In this document: positions 13,101 through 25,100 of the stretch, one piece after another
Layout: every line of letters begins with the position of its first letter
Position numbering within the stretch: position 1 is the first letter of the stretch
NCBI GenBank assembly: GCA_037379345.1
Contig: CM074512.1
Span: forward strand, 55,015,597-55,079,596
Length of the DNA stretch: 64,000 bases
Reading direction: 5' to 3'
Origin: Perna viridis
Lineage: Eukaryota
The notes under the pieces: generated by a model
What the model saw: only the letters and a program-made list of their open reading frames with translations
What the model was told of the DNA's origin: nothing
Database searches by the model: none
Position numbers and translations under genes: made by a program

Positions 13101-16100
13101 TGGACACCAGCTGATTTGAAAAAACACGCAAAATTTGGACAGAAGAAAGTATGTGAACGAAATGGAAGAGTGTTTACACGTGGATTGAACGGAAAATATC
13201 CAGGATGTAAAACTTGTTGGTGCTGTCAACCAAATAGTAAGCTGACTAATTATTGATATATTTTCTACGACAAAGTAATAATACAAACCATTTTTTGCCA
13301 ATTGTTTGAATCATTACAGCTATATCTAATGTTTAAAGTTATTTTTAAATCAGTTTTATAACACGCAGAAAATGGTATACCTTTTTTAAGGTTAATTTGA
13401 CTATTTGCACTACCAGAATTATGGAAAATTTGGATTGTTCATATTACTTTGATATATTGAGTTGATTTCATCGCACTAACAATGAACAAAGCAAGGGCAT
13501 ATAACTCTGTCAAATACTATTTTTTTCTTACATTTTTATAAAAATTATTTTAGTAAATCAAGTGATGCTGAGTTCAAATAATGGTCTTTTGAAGTATAGA
13601 ACAAATACATGAGTGTAGTTATTTTCTGAAATTATTAAAAAAAACATGTATTTATTTTTCTTTTTGGAAAACATTCAAATTAGATTCAATGACTTATCTC
13701 AAATTCCAATGTTTTTTTGTATAGGATGTCCAATACCACTCAACATACATAAGTTACTGTAGACGTATTATATTTCTCGGTTGCTAATTTCTGCAGATTA
13801 TGTCAGTTGAACATATTCGCCGCTGTCAATGTTAGCGGTTTCAAAAATTATCAGTAATATGTAGTTATATATATCAACTTCATAGGAACTGTTTTTGCTC
13901 TTTTCTTTCCACCCTGAACAAAATGCAAAAAATGTTAACAGTAGGTTAGCGTTTAAATATGATTTATCTCCTTTTCGAAAAATTTCAATTTGATTTTGGT
14001 GCTGCTGGTGAGATGTTACTCGCTTAAACACGTGCACAACATACCAACATTTGCAATTCTATATGATTGATACTTTTTTAAGTAATAACCAATGGGTCGA
14101 TACCACTGCAGGTGGACCAAAGGTCCCAAAAGGTATTCACCAACCCAGTAGTCAAACTTGTCTGACCACGAATCGTTTTATTAATCTTTTGACAAAATTT
14201 TCAACAAAACTGTTTTAAAATTCATAAAACACTTAGACTCCATTCCTTGTATTGCACATACACAGGAAAAAATGAAACATATGTTTTCATATATTTAAAA
14301 AATATGGAAACATATTTAGGACCGGTATGGAAAGATATCTAGTTTTGCCTATTAAACCACATGAATTGCGTATTTTGTCTCAATTCAAGTGGAAACATAT
14401 GCATTCAATGAAATAATCTGGGAAACATTTCTTTACCTAATAATAGTATAATGAGATGGTATTATCTATTTATATTTTAAGTGAAGGCATATATTTTATC
14501 ATGATTATTGATTTATGAAACGCCAATTTTCCCGACACCAATAGGCAAGGCACTTATTTTGTAATATGGCTTGCGCTAATTATATTTGTAATTGTGAAGT
14601 AATCAATATTATATAACAAAAGTGTGGTACATTTCATATTTATCGAATAAAAATCATAGATATATCATATATGTAGTTATAGGTCCGATGTGTGGATCCA
14701 AGGTCTGTAATAGAAACGCTAATTGTCAGAACGGTCGATGTGTTTGTAAGAGAGGTTTTACTGGAGATGGTGTTTCTAGTTGCGTTGGTATGTACTTTTT
14801 ATACAATTGAACAAGGTTTTGTTTCTAAAATGAGTAATTTGAAAACTGCGATGGCGTTTAGTTATAGAAGTGATAAAGACACCCAAAAAGAAACCCAAAT
14901 TTTGTATAAACATTATTTTAGTCAGTAAGTGCAGTTTAAAGACGATTCACATAAACGACATGATAATTTGTATATTACAATAGACCCTATCGTGTTTACT
15001 TCCGCTGGGTAAGTCTTCGGTAAAACAAAATAATATTCATTTGCGAAATTGTATAATGAACATGCCACACGCATGCTCATCTATTATCCCACAGTGAACA
15101 GGAAAGATCTATAAGGGCACATATTTCAAGTTCAAATAACTCATCTATTATCCCACAGTAAACAGGAAAGATCTATAAGGGCACATATTTCAAATTCAAT
15201 TTGAATTAAACCTTTTCATTTTATACTAATTAGGTACCTGCACATGCTCGGCCACTGGCGATCCTCACTATGTAACGTTCGATAGACAACTTATTCACTT
15301 TATGGGTATCTGTACTTATACCATGGTTAAAACGAAGACAAGTGATAGGTGTGGTGGGTTTGAAGTTCGTGTGAAGAACGAGCACCGGGGACGAAACAAA
15401 AGAGTGTCTTTCACAAAATATGTTTTGATAATATTAAAGAGCTCAACTATTAAACTTGGTAAAAGGAACTCTATATTTGTAAGTTAAACCTTTAGTATAT
15501 TTCATAGTTACTTTGCGTTCTTAGTGACTATATAAAATTAATTAAATGTATTAGCGAAACGAAAAGCAAATAATATTCTGTGAATTGTTAAGATAATGGT
15601 AATAATTCCATCTTCCATTACTTCCATTAAAACAAACAAAACCTTGAAATGCAAAAAAATGTCATGAAGATTAAAAAAATTTTTATGAAGATTATTTATC
15701 TCCGACTGTTTAAATACAATGATCCAGTTACTTCAATGAGACGATGAAGTAGGTTTTAATCTAAGTAAGACATGTGTGGGACAAGAGGATCAAGCCGCAC
15801 CCTTACAATGCGCTTTCAGCTAAAAACCAACCAAATAAAACCAGAGAGATTACATTACCGCTATAACCTTGGTTCCCTTTATTACTCTTTCAACTTTATC
15901 ATTCGGCAGTTGATTTTTTGTTGATTTTGTAAATTCAATGTTCTAGGTAAATAACATCAGAGTTTACTCACCATATTCCGGTTCTAACTTCCGGATCGTC
16001 CTAACAGGGAGAAATGTTCGAGTGGAATCAAACTGTGGATTTAGGGTAACATGGGATGGAAATTCAGCAGCCACTGTAACAATTCCTAAAACGTATAGTG

Positions 16101-19100
16101 GTAAGATCAATGGAATATGTGGAGACTGCAATGGGAAAAAAGACGATTTTAAAACTGCAAAAGGTGTCGATGTGAGCAAAAAGAAGGACAAATTCGTACA
16201 GATTGGAATGAGTTATATCGCTGGAAATAATAATGATCTGAACAAAAGGTAATAGTTTTATTTTCCCCATTTTATTTAAAGTTACAAATATAAAAATATC
16301 AGTATTAAATATTAAAAATTTAGACATGCTGTATGCATGTTTCAAGGAATGTCCTCTCATCAGCAGCACTATAATCAATTGTAATGGAAGATATGAATTC
16401 AAAGATTGATTATATACAAGAGGCACTCAAAACCAAATTTAAAACTATCGAAATAAAAAGCCAACTTTATCACCAAGAGATTCTACAATATGCAATACAA
16501 GGAGTGAAGCCTCAGTGTTTTAAGTATTTTGACATTATTAAAACTGCAAATTCTAATGAATTTGATAAACAAAATTTGATAATATTCGGGGTGAGACGAG
16601 TCTGCCTTATAGGTTGGTGAATACCTACAACGACCTTTGGTCCACCAGCAGTGGCATCGATCAAATGGTTATTAAATACATATATACCAATCATATGTAA
16701 TGCAAATTACGATATGGTCTAAACGTGTTTCACGGAGTAACCTCTCACCAGCAGTATTATAATCTACTATATAGGAAGATCTATATTCAAATATTGATTG
16801 TAGACAAGACGTACACAAAACCAAAAGTATTTTTCAACAAACAATTATTCAATGACCACAAATGTCAATTTCCTTGTGAGCAGTCTTAATGTGATTTTTA
16901 TAGCGTGTAATTGTTTTTAATTTTAGGATAATATATACATTCTTAAACTTTCTGCAATTGTGTATTGATTTAGGTGTGCAGTCAACGATGTATCAGACCC
17001 ATGCACTCCTGACAAAAAAGCGAAAGCTGTAAAAGCATGCTCACTTCTGAACCCAGGTTTACGAATGAGTCCGTTCATGCCATGTGCAGCTAAAGAAAAA
17101 GACGTAATGACCGATATGTACAAATCTTGTTTATTTGACGCCTGCAGTAATATTGGAGAGCCACACCTACAAGAAATCATATGTAATATACACGCAGGAG
17201 CCGCGGAGCAATGTGAGGACTTGGGAATTCCCATCAAGTGGAGGAGAGCCGATTTTTGTCGTAAGTACATAGAAACTGATTTAAATTTCCTAAAATACAC
17301 TGCTTTTAATATTACTTTTATGTTAAACTGTTGTTTGAAAATCTTAATTATTTTAAAAAAAAATAATGTATTAATCAAGACTTATTGGTCGAAATAAAAC
17401 AAGAACCAAGGAATTAAAGAAACAGTTAAATTGATTATTAAATTAAGACATTAAAGTCAATAATTTGACAGCTTGCTATTGCGAAGTAAATACCACCAAA
17501 TATAAAGTTTAAACACTGCCTATAGAAGAAATAATTCACATTGTAAAGAAACCTATCGTACAAATGATGCTTTTTCTGTCTACATAGGCAATATTTTAAC
17601 GTAACGATAGTCGGTTCTGTATTTTATTCCATGCATTCATTCCCCACTGTATTCAACCAAATCAAACCCAATTAAGAACGATAACGATAACTGCAAAGTG
17701 CCTATTTCATACACGATCTATACATTTTTTATCTCAAAATTTCAACTTTTTTTTTTGACATGCAAGAATCACCCCCTATCTGATTTTTATAAAGACTGCT
17801 GTTTAATATTGAAAATCACAGCAAGACAGTTAATTGATGAAGCATCAGTAACAAAACTACTTTTGTAACTTTTTGTTTTATAGATGTAAGGTTTAATCGT
17901 TATTTGCAGGCGGATCAATAACAATCGATATCTCTCCACTTTCTGATTTTTTTTCTGTGTATATAATGATTCATAAAAAAATAACATTTCAGCTTTAAAG
18001 TGTCCATATAATATGGAATACAGTTCATCAGTATCTGGTTGTCCTGCTACCTGTGTAGACCCCAATGCTGAAGCTTTGTGTTTAAGTCCAAATACAGAGG
18101 GTTGTAAATGCAAACATGGATTTGTACTTAGCAACGATAAATGTGTGAGGAAGAGTCAGTGTGGTTGTGTCGGACCTAACAGACAATATTACCCGGTATA
18201 GATTATATAGATTATGGATCGGTTAAGAAAACAATAAGTATATACTAAATAACCCTATTAACTTACCTCAAAGATCCTGAATAACAAGAAGAGAGATTTT
18301 TTATTTAGAGTTTAAACTACAATGTGTTAAAAGACCAAGATTTACTTGGTTTTAGCTATATATTCAAGAAACATTAACAAATAAAAGAAATACACAGTGC
18401 ATTTTTCAAGTTATAACTTAAGGAAGTGATTGTTTGGTATTTTTATGTAGACGCAAAGCTTTCGTTATTGGCAGATTCGCATATTTCCGTTGGTTGGTTA
18501 TTACCGATATCAAAACATAATGGTCAATATATTGACGTCTTCAAGTAAATTGTCTCAAACTATAAAAATAGATATAAAACAGTTTCTTGATAAAACTACA
18601 GGTCCGTATTTCCACAAGAAGAGATTGGGGAAAACCATAAATCTGTGCTATCCTCTTTTGGTCTCTCTACCAAGAACGATGATTGTGATTTACCGTCTAT
18701 GTACTGGATTCCTAAACTTCACAAGAATCCATACAAATAACGTTTCATGGCTGGATCTGCAAAATGTACCACCAAACCTCTTTCAAAACTTTTAAATTCT
18801 ATACTCAAAGCTGTCAAAGAGGGTCTGCAGTCCTACCACAACACTTGTTACTCCCGAAAGATTCGAAAGATCTTTTGGAGACAATCAGTTCGAGACTATT
18901 ATCTGAATATAATAGCATTAAAACATATGATTTTTCAATACTGTATACTTCTATTCCCCATACTCAGTTAACATCCCGACTTAAAAACATTATACATCGT
19001 TGTTTTTCCAAAAAAGATGGTACACCTAGATACAAATATATAGTTCTTGGTAGAGATTCCTGTAAAAAATAATTCCAAATCATCTTCCAAATATACAGAG

Positions 19101-22100
19101 GAAGATGTTTACAAAATGCTGGAATTTTTAATTGACAACATATTTGTCCGGTGTGGTGGACGTGTTCTTCAACAAACGGTTGGAATTCCAATGGGAACAA
19201 ATTGTGCTCCTCTACTTGCTGACCTATTTCTTCACTATTATGAGGCTAACTTTATAGCTGATTTGATCAGAAAGAAAGAATATCGTTTGGCTAAATCCTT
19301 CAATCTCAGTTTCCGCTATATAGATGACGTCTTATCTTTAAACAATCCTAATTTCGAGGATTTGATACATCGCATCTACCCAAAAGAACTTGAGATAAAG
19401 GATACTACAGACACTGTAAAGTCAGCCTCATATCTTGACCTACACTTGGAAATCGATGGTAAAGGAAAACTATTGACCAAACCTTACGACAAACGTGATA
19501 ACTTTTCATTCAGAATTGTCAACTATCCTTTCATCTGTGGCAACATCCTTTCGGTTCCTGCGTATGGAGTGTTCATATCACAACTCATACGTTATGCCAG
19601 AGCTTGTCGAAACTACGCAGACTTTTTGTATCTCGCTAGAAGTCTAACAAATAGGCTTCTGGAACAGGGTTATGTTGCTACAAGATTGAAGTCATCACTA
19701 CAGAAGTTTTATGGTCGTTATCATGAACTCGTGGATCGTTATGATGTATCCATCAGCACCATGAAAACTAATTTATTCAACGGGTCATAGTTTGCCTTTC
19801 CTCGTTTGTCTACCCCGGACTTGACATTTTATGAGCAACTCGGCGGGTCTTTCTAGAAAGGCAGAGGACGCTTACCCTACCGGTGTTGGTCCATGCTCCC
19901 AGTTTTTAGTGGAGTCCAAGTTGCTCATTTACTTTTGTTACTTTGTATGTATGATTTTAGTTACTTTAAGATCTTTGTTGTGTGTGTCTGTTTTCCGTGT
20001 CTGGTCTTTGTCCCTTGATTACATTCTTTTGATTACCGCTATAACCTTGGTTCTCTTGATTACTCTTTAAGCGGAGGGTTCAAAACTGTATTGTAACATA
20101 TAGCCTTCATTAATTTTATATGCAAATTCATAACTCTAACTGTTTACAAATTTACGGATGAGTACATTTTTTGGGTTTTTTTTAACATCATTTGATACAA
20201 ATATTAATTAGATAACTTTTTCTCATTCGTTACAATTAATAATATTTTTTACTCCACAGCTCAAAGATTGTTACATATTGATATATTGCGATTCGACATA
20301 ATTAGTATCACTTCCATTTATAAATTACTTATAGCTAAATGCCTTGATAACGACCTCCGATTGTTCAGTAGTAACACAGTGTAAGATCGTTAGAGGATCT
20401 CCTGTTCTTGTGACGATAAGAAAACAAAAGTGTCATAAAAATGCCAGATGTGTCCCTAGAAACGGTGGCTACAAATGTGTATGCAAGAAATTCTTCAAAG
20501 GAAATGGCGTTGATGTCTGTAAAAGTAAGTTTGAAAAGTTATCAATGATGATAAAGTTAGATAATTCATTAGTGCTGTATGATATTTTTAATAGTTCAGA
20601 TCTTCGAAATTCGGTTCAATCACAATGAATATGAATCTGAAACAACTACACCATTAAACTATACACTTTTGTTTTATAGGACTATGCCTTAAACGTTATT
20701 GTCCCAAACGTTGCCCAGGTGGCTACAAAAAGAATCGATATGGATGCAGAACTTGTGCTTGTATAGGTAAGGCTTTTTCTGATTTCTTTGTAGGTTGGTC
20801 TTAGTTTGTACTGGCATACGAGACCACCTAACATGCCATGAACTCTACTGACTGAATGTAACATTTTGATGATATATTGAAAATTATTCAAAATGATTCG
20901 TACATAAATTTTTATCCATATCCAACGTCCTGTCAATTGTTGCCTAATACCTACCACCGACCAATAAAAAATACATTAAGAAACACACTAAATTCATTTT
21001 GGTTTAGTTTTATATGACAATTAGCTTTTCTCACAACTTTGTTACCAGATACATTTACCCGATCCAGGTCTATAGTCATGAGCAATATTGTGAGTATTTC
21101 TATTCCGTAAAATATAATTAGCCCAGTCACACCGAGCTTTTCATAGTCATTTATTCATGACAAATATGATATGCTTGCAATGAGAATGTTGCAAAAATAA
21201 TACAGATATCATGTTCCATCTTAACCATGGAACTATTCTTTCTGTTACAAACGTGATCATCAAACTGTTCAAACGCTTATTTAATTGTTTACAAATTACA
21301 AAAAAAAATGTTAATTGCACTCCATAGCATTATATCATAAGTATTCATGCAAATGACTAGCGCTTAATAATTTATCGGTTTATCAATGTCATATGCAGAA
21401 AAAAACAAAACAAAACAAACACACAAATCCGCAATTTGAATTTTGATATGAAGGTGTTTACTTTTGTACATGCCTCACACACTCTTCATTTCACTTAGGA
21501 CTTTTTCCTAAAACAAGAAATCGGAGTATACTACTTTTCCTATTATTACTTTTCTACAACATTAAATTATATCATTTGACCGCTGATTTGTTTATCTCAA
21601 AACATATTTTAATTTAGTAATTTGACTTTTAAAAACATAGAAATATCATTTATAGAAGAAGACATTAATTCCAATTCATACATGCAACGTTTGCATGGTG
21701 TTCTGCTGTTTACAGAGGAACCAACAAGAGATACCACACCAAATACCATATGGTTAATTGGTGTTTCATTTCTCTTGCCCCTTAATTAACTGCATTAAAC
21801 CTTATCCAGGTGGATAAAAAACAAAACAAGTAATGGTGTAAAACTTGTACTTGCAAACGTAATACAATAGTGAATTGACTTGTATTGGGTATGTAACTCT
21901 CATTGTGAATCCGCAGTTTAACGAATATGTCTCGAGTCTTCAATTCAAAAGCACATTTATCATTTGCCAAGCGCTTAGTTTAGTATTTAGACAAAACCTG
22001 TGTAAAATACCGACAACAAATAACAACAAGCAACATGATAAAAGTGTAAGAAAAGATACAAACTGTAATACTACGTTCCGAAATCCGAAGGTGAAAAAAA

Positions 22101-25100
22101 GGTATATCTGTTTCGAAATTTCAGGATGCTCTTCATCATGAAATCCGGTAAATGTTTTACAAGGACGATTAATGTAAGTGGTGTCACATGTTTTATTTAC
22201 ATCTTTCAGTCAAGCCTTGGAAATGCTATCATTGGACACCAGCTGATAAGAAAGAACACGCAAAACTTGGACAGAAGAAAGTATGTGAACGAAATGGAAG
22301 AGTGTTTACACGTGGATTGAACGGAAAATATCCAGGATGTAAAACTTGTTGGTGCTGTCAACCAAATAGTAAGCTGACTAATTATCTCTGTATACTTTAA
22401 TGACAGGTAAAGAATTACAAACCCTTAGTGTCGAACGATTTTAGACTAACTAATTACAGCTATAACACACGTTTAAATTGATATTTACGAACCACGGACA
22501 TTGTTGCAAAGATTTGAGAAAAACTCGTTTTGATGGCATCCGACTATATGCTATGCTTTTCGGTGTTTCGGCATAATTTTTGTTTTGCACTTTGTCTTTT
22601 CAATTCATCCAGTCAAGTATAATACTTATTTCACAAACAAATACGCTCAGAGTTTGTACGGTATCGTTATGTCTTCATGTTGAATATCCTGATATGACTG
22701 TTTCGAACTCCGACCCCTTTCTTCATTGATGTTTACCGCTTTACAATAAAACACCATTCGGAGTATTTTCTTACTACATTCCAATAAAATAATTCATGTT
22801 TCGTTTGATTTAAAGCCAGTTTCCCCCTTAGTATTTCAATGTCATTGTATTTTATCATCTTTCAATCAAACACACGCTGGAACGGTTTCATTTGAAAGGT
22901 TCCAAAAACCATATTTTCCTGTCTTTTAAGTCGGTGTTGGATTGGTTTAAGCCTGAAAGCTACGTTTTAGTTTAAGCGGCTAAATATCGTAGCTTAACTA
23001 GTATGTTTTGTTGACAATGCTTCACATATAAGGAGATAATATTTATTGTAGAACGAGTTCCATGTAAGAAAAAATGCCACAAGAAGGCTAGATGCAGAAA
23101 TGGAAAATGCGTTTGTAAGAAAGGCTACAGAGGAAATGGAAGGATGTGCACAAAAATACCAGGTATCAAAAATTTATAAAATCAGCCATCACTTTTATCG
23201 TTTGCTGTAAGATAAAATGCTTCAAAGATCAAATAAGTAAAGTGTAGATTGTCAGGAGTGTCCTCTCTAGTTCTGAAATTGAAAATTTTGATCGAAGATG
23301 TTCAATGAAGGAAAGATGGTATATTGAGTTGCATAGACGAACAAGATAGCTTGCAAATTATCAAAATTTAATAGTAAAACCAAATACCTTATAATAGAAT
23401 ATGTATTTTGTAATTTAATTGGCTGAACAATGTTTGTCTTTCCTTGATACAAGTTACAGCTTTACATTAGATGTTTTGGGCTTGAATATATTTTCTACAA
23501 GAACGATTAATGTAAGTGGTGTCACATGTTTTATTTACATCTTTCAGTCAAGCCTTGGAAATGCTATCATTGGACACCAGCTGATTTGAAAGAACACGCA
23601 AAACTTGGACAGAAGAAAGTATGTGAACGAAATGGAAGAGTGTTTACACGTGGATTGAACGGAAAATATCCAGGATGTAAAACTTGTTGGTGCTGTCAAC
23701 CAAATAGTAAGCTGACTAATTATCTCTATATATTTTAATGACAGGTAAAGAATTGCAAACCCTTAGTGTCGAACGATTTTAGACTAACTAATTACAGCTA
23801 TAACACACGTTAAAATTGATATTTACGAACCACGTACATTGTTGCAAAGATTTGAGAAAAACTGGTTTTGATGGCATCCGACTATATGCTATGCTTTTCG
23901 GTTTTTCGACATAATGTTTGTTTAGCACTTTGTCTTTTCAATTCATCCAGTCAAGTATAATACTTATTTCACAAACAAATACGCTCAGAGTTTGTACGGT
24001 ATCGTTGTGTTCATGTTTAATATCCTGATATGATTGTTTCAAACTCCGACTCCATTCTTCATTGATGTTTACCGCTTTACAATAAAACACCATTCGGAGT
24101 AATTTCTTACTACATTCCAATAAAATAATTTATGTTTCGTTTGATTTAAAGCCAGTTTCCCCCTTAGTATTTCAATGTCATTGTATTTTATCATCTTTCA
24201 ATCAAACACACGCTGGAACGGTTTCATTTGAAAGGTTCCAACAACCATATTTTCCTGTCTTTTAAGTCGGTGTTGGATTGGTTTAAGCCTGAAAGCTACG
24301 TTTTAGTTTAAGCGGCTAAATATCGTAGCTTAACTAGTATGTTTTGTTGACAATGCTTCACATATAAGGAGATAATATTTATTGTAGAACGAGTTCCATG
24401 TAAGAAAAAATGCCACAAGAAGGCTAGATGCAGAAATGGAAAATGCGTTTGTAAGAAAGGCTACAGAGGAAATGGAAGGATGTGCACAAAAATACCAGGT
24501 ATCAAAAATTTATAAAATCAGCCATCACTTTTATCGTTTGCTGTAAGATAAAATGCTTCAAAGTTCAAATAAGTAAAGTGTAGATTGTCAGGAGTGTCCT
24601 CCCTAGTTCTGAAATCGAAAATTTTGATCGAAGATGTTCAATGAAGGAAAGATGGTATATTGAGTTGCATAGACGAACAAGATAGCTTGCAAATTATCGA
24701 AATTTAATAGTAAAACCAAATACCTTATAATAGAATATGTATTTTGTAATTTAATTGGCTGAACAATGTTTGTCTTTCCTTGATACAAGTTACAGCTTTA
24801 AATTAGATGTTTTGGGCTTGAATATATTTTCTACAAGAACGATTAATGTAAGTGGTGTCACATGTTTTATTTACATCTTTCAGTCAAGCCTTGGAAATGC
24901 TATCATTGGACACCAGCTGATTTGAAAGAACACGCAAAACTTGGACAGAAGAAAGTATGTGAACGAAATGGAAGAGTGTTTACACGTGGATTGAACGGAA
25001 AATATCCAGGATGTAAAACTTGTTGGTGCTGTCAACCAAATAGTAAGCTGACTAATTATTGATATATATTTTAATTTCAGGTAACAAATTGCAAACCCTT

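Larger units (their letters stand above)
985..13250 (+). repeat. Tandem array 1: ~1,338-bp unit (exon A-intron-exon B-intron), 9 full units plus a terminal A
   Basis: Exon A recurs every 1,338-1,339 bp with near-identical introns. Confidence 0.97.
13237..22806 (+). repeat. Internal segmental duplication, copy 1 (VWD block with introns and transposons)
   Basis: Near-identical to 31723-41256 at an offset of about 18.45-18.49 kb; paired ORFs in the track match. Confidence 0.95.

Noticed and set aside
14262-14430. Recurrent ggaaacatat-like motifs and a short palindrome, possibly a MITE
   Set aside because: No clear terminal inverted repeats or target-site duplication; AT-rich background makes chance likely.
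15234-18195. Assigning a gene symbol such as ZAN, FCGBP or MUC
   Set aside because: Shared VWD-C8-TIL domains do not establish orthology, and the overall architecture differs.
19047-19790. RT as an active or domesticated enzyme (for example a diversity-generating system) driving the arrays
   Set aside because: The element is 5'-truncated with a stop and frameshifts upstream. Repeat units include introns, which points to DNA-level duplication, and the exons are homogeneous rather than diversified.
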